Source of the DNA: an uncultured Deinococcales bacterium | GTDB lineage: Bacteria; Deinococcota; Deinococci; Deinococcales; JAAFIG01 | Direction: 5' to 3' | NCBI GenBank assembly: GCA_964244895.1 | Contig: CAXTKV010000035.1 | Location: 11,256 to 33,125, forward strand | DNA length: 21,870 bases | Shown: positions 16,318 through 21,870 of the stretch, in pieces | How positions within the stretch are numbered: the first letter of the stretch is position 1 | How the letters are laid out: each line of letters opens with the position of its first letter | Translations under genes and position numbers: made by a program | Notes under the pieces: generated by a model | What the model was told of the DNA's origin: nothing | The model's database searches: none | What the model saw: the letters and a program-made list of their open reading frames with translations, nothing else

Positions 16318-17250
16318 TCAGACCACGCGGCGTTGCACCTGAGACCAGATCAGGCTCGAGCCGAGCAGCAAAGCCGTCAAGGCCGCGAACAGCCCGGTGA
16401 TTTCAGTCCTCTGGGGTCGCCAGCCGATCTCTCGTCCGAGTTCCTGGTAGACCTGCTCGAGCCGTTCGGCGCTGTTGACCGCGTAGTAGCGCCCGCCGGT
16501 CGCATCCGCGATGCCGCGAAGCTCGGATTCGTCGAAGCCCATGAACGTTGATTCCTGCGCGGCGTTCGATCCGACCGTGCCGACGCCGATGGTGTGCACC
16601 TTGACGCCCAGTTTCCTGGCTCTCTGCGCGGCCTCCTGGGGTGCGGTGCCGGTCGTGTTGCGCCCGTCCGAGAGCAAGATCACGGTTTGCGGGCCGTCGA
16701 CCTTGCCATCCGGTGTCAATGGTAGGGCGCGCAGGCTTTCCAGCAGGCCCTCGCCGATGGCGGTGCCGCGATGCCGCTCGAGCCCCACGATTTTCTCGAG
16801 CACCTCGTCGTGCGCGGTCGTCAAGGGCGCTTCAAGCACGGCGTACCCGGCGAAGCTGACCAGTCCGGCCTTGACCTCGTTCGGCAGGCGCTGCACGAAA
16901 TGGTGCGCGGCCTGTTTGGCGGCATCGATGCGGGTCGGTTGAACGTCCGTGGCGCGCATCGAACCGGACACGTCGATGCTCAGCATCACGCCCGCCCGCG
17001 CGTCCGGCGCGGGAATCACGGCTTGCGGTCTGGCGAGCGCCACCGCGCCCAACCCCAGCGCCAGGATGTAAACCGCCGCCGCGCCGTGCCGCCGCCAGAC
17101 GTCGCTGCCCGAGGCTCTGGTCAGCACCTCGAGATCCGGGTGGAGGACGTGATTTTCGCCCGCGCCGCGCGAAAACCAGCGCCAGTAAGCGAGCGCGGCC
17201 AGCGGTGCGATCAGCAGACCGATCAACAGTTCGGGCGAGAGGAAGTTCAC
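16318..17250 (-). CDS. BatA-like membrane-anchored VWA domain protein
   Basis: N-terminal BatA-like TM region, ALARPQ, MIDAS DVSGSM, GTAIG, LLSDG and ATGGRYY, plus a C-terminal TM. GGAGG favours GTG 17250; the ORF track gives 17259. Confidence 0.9.
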   Translation of the reverse strand: MNFLSPELLIGLLIAPLAALAYWRWFSRGAGENHVLHPDLEVLTRASGSDVWRRHGAAAVYILALGLGAVALARPQAVIPAPDARAGVMLSIDVSGSMRATDVQPTRIDAAKQAAHHFVQRLPNEVKAGLVSFAGYAVLEAPLTTAHDEVLEKIVGLERHRGTAIGEGLLESLRALPLTPDGKVDGPQTVILLSDGRNTTGTAPQEAAQRARKLGVKVHTIGVGTVGSNAAQESTFMGFDESELRGIADATGGRYYAVNSAERLEQVYQELGREIGWRPQRTEITGLFAALTALLLGSSLIWSQVQRRVV

Positions 17251-17420
17251 GCGTCCCACCTCCGGAACCTCGGGATTTCAGGCTCATCATGCCCGTTGCG
17301 CTTCGGCTTCGTGCAGCCGCAACACACATTTGACCCTGGGCTTCAGACGGGGAAAAGCATCCAACTGCGCGCTGAGGTTAAACTCGCTGTCGTGAACGGC
17401 GTATTTCAGTTGGGGCGCTC

Positions 17421-17987
17421 TTGATCGCCGGGAACATCCTCGAGTTCACGATGCTGATCGCGTGGACTTTCGCGTTCGCCGCGATCGGCTTGCCGTTGCA
17501 CGAACTGGCGCACGCCCTGACGTACCGTCTAATGGGCGTTCCGGCGCGCATCAGCTTGAGCACCACCACCCCGAATCCCGACGAAGCCCTCTGGCCCGCG
17601 ACCCTGTCTGGGCCGATGTTCACGCTGGCGTTCGGTTGCCTGGGCGCGTTCGCGTTCTCCAGGGGCCTGGACGCGGTCTCGCTGGCGGGTCTGGGCTTGG
17701 CGTTCTCTCAGTTGTCGGTGCGCCCCGCGTTGCACGTCGCGATGCTGTCCGGTCGGATGCACAATGATCTGCGCCAGTCAGACGAGGTTCAGATCGCGGA
17801 TGCGCTCGGGTTGCCCAGGGTCGCGGTAATCCTGGTTTCGTTCGCGTTGTACGCCTTCATGCTGGCCTTGACCATCGGCTTGGGCGTGCGCTTCGGCGTG
17901 CCCTGGTGGGCGCTGGCGGCTGCCTTCCTGACGGCCTTCGCAGGCACGGGTTTGGTGATCTGGATTGACAGGCAGTTCATCGCCTGA
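17421..17987 (+). CDS. HExxH membrane protein (M50-like zinc metalloprotease)
   Basis: LPLHELAH, LSGP and QSD motifs with several TM helices. The start is uncertain. Confidence 0.7.
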   Translation: MIAGNILEFTMLIAWTFAFAAIGLPLHELAHALTYRLMGVPARISLSTTTPNPDEALWPATLSGPMFTLAFGCLGAFAFSRGLDAVSLAGLGLAFSQLSVRPALHVAMLSGRMHNDLRQSDEVQIADALGLPRVAVILVSFALYAFMLALTIGLGVRFGVPWWALAAAFLTAFAGTGLVIWIDRQFIA

Positions 17988-18010
17988 TCGGGCGTTTCTC
18001 TGAACACGAG

Positions 18011-18075
18011 GAGAACCGTCCGAGACGCAAAATTGAACCCTGAAGCCCGTCGTTGCTCGTGACGGATGGTCTTTT
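18011..18075. repeat. Palindromic repeat family, degenerate ~57-bp type
   Basis: GAGAACCGTCCGAGACGCAAA...GGATGGTCTTTT. Confidence 0.5.
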
Positions 18076-18254
18076 CGGTATCCCGAGATCAGCCCAAAAG
18101 CTGTTTTTGTCGTCCTCCTCGAGCCAGGAAGTGCGTCTCGAGGTTGCGATGCTGGAAGTCTCGAGAGGCGGTGGGGTCGCCGCCCACCTTGCCTCGAGGT
18201 GCGCCCTGCCGGAAACGCACCGGTCAGCGCGTCCTCGCGCGGCACACTGAACGC

Positions 18255-19079
18255 ATGGTTCGGATCGCGGGGTTCGAGATCGGGCGCGCGCTATTAACGG
18301 CGCTGCTGGTCTGGTACGGCCTTCTGAACCTGATTGACCCGGCGCGCGGCATGTTCTTGGACAACGTCAACCTGATCGTCCACGAGGCAGGTCACGTTTT
18401 ATGGCGACCGTTCGGGGAATTCCTGTACTTCCTGGGCGGGTCGTTGACGCAGGTGCTGGTGCCGTTGGCGTTCGTGGTGTATTTCTGGCGTTCCAATCAG
18501 CGTTTCGCGGCCTGCGTGGCGGCCTTCTGGACGGCCACCAGCCTGTTTCATCTGTCGGTCTACATCGGTGATGCCACGCGCATGGAGTTGCCCTTGCTGG
18601 GCGGCGAGTACGTCACGCACGACTGGAACTGGATTCTTGGGCAACTGAATTGGCTGAAAGCGGACTGGCTGCTGTCCAGAATGGTCTTCCTGACGGGCGC
18701 GCTGTACTTGATTCTGGGTTTGATCGGCGCGGCCTACTGGTCGCGCGGCGATGCCCAACCCGTCCCGTGGGAGCGCGGTGCGTTGACGCCCCAACGCGCG
18801 AGGCGCGTTTCAAAATTGCGCAACCTCGGCCCGGCCAGCGAGAAATTGCTGACCAGCATCGGTATTCACGATTCAAAAGCCCTGGCGGACATCGGCGCGC
18901 TCGAGGCGTTCAGAAGGTTACGGTCGGCGGGTCATCGGCCCAATTTGTCGCTCCTGTACACCCTGCACGGCGCGCTGACCGATCAGGCCTGGGATCGGTT
19001 ACCGGAGGATCAAAAAGAGTTTCTGAAGCTCGAGGCCGCCAGGATCGAGGCTGAACTTTCCGGCGCATCGGGCGGGTAG
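18255..19079 (+). CDS. HExxH membrane protein fused to a C-terminal TfoX_C (TfoX/Sxy C-terminal) domain
   Basis: VHEAGH, GGSLTQ, YIGDA and HDWNWIL, followed by LRNLGPASEKLLTSIGI...GALEAFRRL...LSLLYTLHGAL...W. The start is ATG 18255 (CACACT-N6-ATG). Confidence 0.82.
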   Translation: MVRIAGFEIGRALLTALLVWYGLLNLIDPARGMFLDNVNLIVHEAGHVLWRPFGEFLYFLGGSLTQVLVPLAFVVYFWRSNQRFAACVAAFWTATSLFHLSVYIGDATRMELPLLGGEYVTHDWNWILGQLNWLKADWLLSRMVFLTGALYLILGLIGAAYWSRGDAQPVPWERGALTPQRARRVSKLRNLGPASEKLLTSIGIHDSKALADIGALEAFRRLRSAGHRPNLSLLYTLHGALTDQAWDRLPEDQKEFLKLEAARIEAELSGASGG

Positions 19080-19132
19080 ATTCCGGTGGTCTGGAACCCG
19101 TCGAGGGCGTGCGCATCCGAATTCCGGACAAA

Positions 19133-19182
19133 AGAAGACCGTCCAGCACGCGAATCCATGAATGCGTGCTGGACGGTCTTCT
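19133..19182. repeat. Palindromic repeat family, long-hairpin type, between convergent genes
   Basis: AGAAGACCGTCCAGCACGC-N12-GCGTGCTGGACGGTCTTCT, perfect 19-bp arms. Confidence 0.92.
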
Positions 19183-19277
19183 CGAGGGTTTAATGAACGA
19201 TACGACCGCTCTTGGGAACCTCTGGAATGTGGCGCTCAGCCCGAGCGCGACTCGAGCCTTCCCTCGCGGGCGAACCG

Positions 19278-20129
19278 TTACGCGCCGCAACCCGAGGACA
19301 CCATCGTGCGAAACTGCGATCCCGACCACTCGAGCACGCTGATGCTGTAGCCCTCGTAGTACGCGTCCCATTCCACCAATTCCATGCGCCCGTCGCCGTT
19401 CAAGTCCATCACCAACGGCACGTCGTACTGGCTGGCGATGTGCTGCGGTTCGGTGGCGTTGGGGTCGGCGTCCTGAAGCACCACGTCCGAATCCAGGGCA
19501 ATCGTCTCGAGCGTCCCATTGATGATCTTGCGCACCAGCACCACGGCGTAATCGCCTTTCTGACCGTTGACGGGCGGGTACAGCGGATCGTCGCGCTCGC
19601 TGAACTTGCGCGCCACGATGATCACCTCGTCCTGCTTGTCGCCTTCCAGGTCGGTGCGCCAGATGCGTTTGATCTGCACGTCCGGGTCTTTCAACCCTAC
19701 CTGCTCGAGGTAATCGCGCACCACGCCCACGTAAGTCGGGTTTTTCGCGTCCAGTGCGGTCACGGCCCGAGGTTGCAGGTTCCACGGCGCGGTCGTGGCG
19801 ATCCACCAGCGATCCGCCTTCGGCTTCGGCGAGAGCGTCACGTTGTAATTCGTGGCGCACGGCTCGCCGCTCGAGACGGGTTTGCCGCCCTTGGCTTGCG
19901 CAAACGCGCCGGATGCGGACGCGACCCGGTACGATTCGCCACCCTTGACGCGTCTGGCGGCCTCCTCGCCTTCGCGGAATTGACCGTCCACCACGACGCC
20001 CAAGAGGTCGGGCGGGCCATCGAAACCCGGCGGTTGCGCCAGGATTGAATACGCGCCGCGCGGTTGGGCGCTCGCGGTCAAACTGCACGCGATCAGCCCG
20101 ATAACGATCAACACCCGAGAGGTTTGCAC
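19278..20129 (-). CDS. Secreted hypothetical protein with DxDGD-type Ca-binding loops
   Basis: Signal peptide ending ASA-Q, and DLEGDKQDE and DLNGDGRME motifs. TAAGAT-N6-GTG leaderless start. Confidence 0.8.
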   Translation of the reverse strand: MQTSRVLIVIGLIACSLTASAQPRGAYSILAQPPGFDGPPDLLGVVVDGQFREGEEAARRVKGGESYRVASASGAFAQAKGGKPVSSGEPCATNYNVTLSPKPKADRWWIATTAPWNLQPRAVTALDAKNPTYVGVVRDYLEQVGLKDPDVQIKRIWRTDLEGDKQDEVIIVARKFSERDDPLYPPVNGQKGDYAVVLVRKIINGTLETIALDSDVVLQDADPNATEPQHIASQYDVPLVMDLNGDGRMELVEWDAYYEGYSISVLEWSGSQFRTMVSSGCGA

Positions 20130-20175
20130 GCGTTCATCTTACAAAGAACGCCTCCAGGGTCGGGTGATGACCTCG

Positions 20176-20202
20176 AGAAGACCGTCCAGAACAGTGTTTT
20201 CT
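20176..20202. repeat. Palindromic repeat family, degenerate single palindrome
   Basis: AGAAGACCGTCCAGAACAGTGTTTTCT. Confidence 0.6.
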
Positions 20203-20362
20203 GGATCCCTCGCGCGGGTGCCGATATTCGAGAAAACCCGCGCCTCACACGAATCTCTAGATCGCTTCGGTGTCTTTGGGGCGCGACGTTCACCCCTCCA
20301 CGATGGCCCGGACAGAAGAGACTTTGAGGTTCTCGAGAGGTTTATTCTTCGTGGTGGACGCC

Positions 20363-20390
20363 AAAAACGCCGACCCACACCGGGTCGGCG
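20363..20390 (-). terminator. Rho-independent terminator of the DHS-like gene
   Basis: Minus strand CGCCGACCC-GGTGT-GGGTCGGCG-TTTTT, 15 nt after the stop. Confidence 0.85.
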
Positions 20391-20405
20391 CTTCGGGACG
20401 GACTT

Positions 20406-21380
20406 TTAATCCTCTAGAATCAGCGCGAACATCAACGGTGCGACGATGGTGGCGTCCGATTCGATGATGTACTTGGGCGTGTCGATGCCCAGCTTGCCCC
20501 AGGTGATCTTCTCGTTCGGAACCGCGCCGGAATACGAGCCGAAGCTGGTGGTGCTGTCGCTGATCTGGCAAAAATAGCCCCACAACGGCACGCCCTGGCG
20601 CTGCAAGTCCTGGTGCAGCATCGGCACGACGCAGATCGGGAAATCGCCCGCGATGCCGCCGCCGATCTGAAAGAAACCGATGCTGGTTTCTGGTGCAGTC
20701 TGGGTGTACCAGTCCGCCAGCCAGACCATGTATTCGATGCCCGTGCGCACCGTGTGGACGTTCCTGATTTCACCGGTGATCACGTGCGATGCGTACATGT
20801 TTCCGGTGGTCGAATCCTCCCAGCCCGGAACGATGATCGGCAGATTTTTTTCTGCCGCCGCCACGATCCACGAATCTTTCGGGTCGATCTGGTAGTGCGT
20901 TTTTAGCGCGCTGGAGTTGATCAACCGATACATAAATTCGTGCGGGAAGTAGCGCTCGCCAGCCGCGTCCGCCGTGACCCATTCGTTCAGCAGCGCACCC
21001 TCGAGCCTGCGCATGGCTTCCATCTCCGGGATGCAGGTGTCCGTCACGCGGTTCATGTGCCGTTCCAGCAGGTTCTGTTCGTCCTGCGGGGTCAGATCGC
21101 GGTAGTTCGGCACGCGGGCGTAGAAATCGTGGGCGATCAGGTTGAACACGTCCTCTTCTAAATTTGCGCCCGTGCAAGAGATGGCGTGAACCTTGCCCCG
21201 GCGGATCATCTCGGCCAGCGATAAACCCAGTTCGGCGGTGCTCATCGCGCCCGCCAGCGTGACCATCATCAAGCCGCCGTCTCGCAGGTGCTGCCTGTAA
21301 CCGTCCGCCGCGTCGATCATGGCGGCAGCGTTGAAATGGCGGTAGTGGTGGCGCAGGAACTGGCCGATGGTTTGTGGCAT
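20406..21380 (-). CDS. Deoxyhypusine synthase family protein (probably polyamine/homospermidine synthesis)
   Basis: Motifs TLAGAMST, CTGANLEED, PGWEDST, IGGGIAGDF, SYSGAVPNEKITWGK (catalytic Lys of WGK) and ESDATIVAP. GGAGG RBS. Confidence 0.93.
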   Translation of the reverse strand: MPQTIGQFLRHHYRHFNAAAMIDAADGYRQHLRDGGLMMVTLAGAMSTAELGLSLAEMIRRGKVHAISCTGANLEEDVFNLIAHDFYARVPNYRDLTPQDEQNLLERHMNRVTDTCIPEMEAMRRLEGALLNEWVTADAAGERYFPHEFMYRLINSSALKTHYQIDPKDSWIVAAAEKNLPIIVPGWEDSTTGNMYASHVITGEIRNVHTVRTGIEYMVWLADWYTQTAPETSIGFFQIGGGIAGDFPICVVPMLHQDLQRQGVPLWGYFCQISDSTTSFGSYSGAVPNEKITWGKLGIDTPKYIIESDATIVAPLMFALILED

Positions 21381-21404
21381 GGTGCCTCCCGTGATCCCTG
21401 AGGC

Positions 21405-21489
21405 AAAAAACGCCCCGAATCTGGGGTTCTACGGTGGCTCGAGTCCCGAGCGACCGCCATCGAACCCCGCCGTGGCTGCGAGCAAGATA
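21405..21489 (-). promoter_or_regulatory. Candidate attenuator/riboswitch-like 5' leader of the DHS-like gene
   Basis: TATCTT -10 at 21484-21489, mutually exclusive hairpins, and a U6 tract before the RBS. Confidence 0.45.
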
Positions 21490-21518
21490 CAACAATCCCG
21501 TTCGCTCCGTCTCGGGTC

Positions 21519-21580
21519 AAGAAACCGTCTGGCACGGCGTTCTTTGGGATCAGAAAAGGCGTCGGGGACGGCCTTCCTGA
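21519..21580. repeat. Palindromic repeat family, two degenerate units
   Basis: AAGAAACCGTCTGGCACGGCGTTCTT and TCAGAAAAGGCGTCGGGGACGGCCTTCCTGA. Confidence 0.5.
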
Positions 21581-21615
21581 GTCACAACCGATCGGGCGCG
21601 AGGTAGATTGAAACC

Positions 21616-21870
21616 GTGAACCTCGAGGAGCGCGTTTTGGAAAACCCGGAAGCGCTCGAGGCTTTCGGGCAGTCGCTCGCATTGAGGCTCGCTTCGGGAT
21701 CGGTCGCGCTCTTGAGCGGGCCGATGGGTGCGGGCAAAACCACGCTCGCCAAGGGCATCGCTCGCGGGTTGGGTTTCACCGGTGAAGTCACCAGCCCGAC
21801 TTACACATACATTCACCAGTACCCGACGCCGCAAGGCTTGATGGTTCACGTCGACGCCTACCGCCTTCCG
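21616..21870 (+). CDS. tsaE: tRNA threonylcarbamoyladenosine biosynthesis ATPase TsaE (partial, runs off the window)
   Basis: Manual translation MNLEERVLENPEALEAFG...LSGPMGAGKTTLAKGIARGLG...VTSPTYTYIHQY...HVDAYRLP. TAGATT-N6-GTG start. Confidence 0.95.
   Translation, partial: MNLEERVLENPEALEAFGQSLALRLASGSVALLSGPMGAGKTTLAKGIARGLGFTGEVTSPTYTYIHQYPTPQGLMVHVDAYRLP

Noticed and set aside
20406..21380. DHS-like gene as evidence of eIF5A-type hypusination
   Set aside because: No eIF5A/EF-P or DOHH gene is present in the window, and a polyamine-synthesis role is the more usual explanation for bacterial homologues.

Overview
This is a GC-rich bacterial window, most likely Deinococcota. That assignment is an inference from the many TANNNT-N6/7-start leaderless promoters and the gene content. 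It holds about 21 protein-coding genes. In order: a GAF-like/5xPAS/GAF/HD-GYP phosphodiesterase, an ICMT-family methyltransferase, Yip1, a hypothetical protein, a cupredoxin lipoprotein, a type III PKS, a nitroreductase, a FadF-like Fe-S oxidoreductase, XisI, an AT-rich beta-propeller, a metallophosphoesterase with an extra C-terminal domain, an active plus inactive site-2 protease pair, a COG1579 zinc ribbon protein, a GNAT, a VWA protein, two more HExxH membrane proteins (one fused to TfoX_C), a secreted protein, a deoxyhypusine-synthase-like enzyme and partial tsaE. Four non-coding or hidden signals stand out. (1) CTCGAG is highly iterated (about 88 copies by hand count) and absent from the AT-rich gene. 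(2) A dispersed palindromic repeat family with core ACACCGTCC-N-GGACGGTGT occurs at about 11 intergenic loci. (3) A candidate switchable terminator/antiterminator leader lies upstream of the DHS-like gene. (4) An HTH pseudogene missed by the ORF track sits next to a perfect operator-like palindrome. I found no rRNA, tRNA, CRISPR array or transposase.
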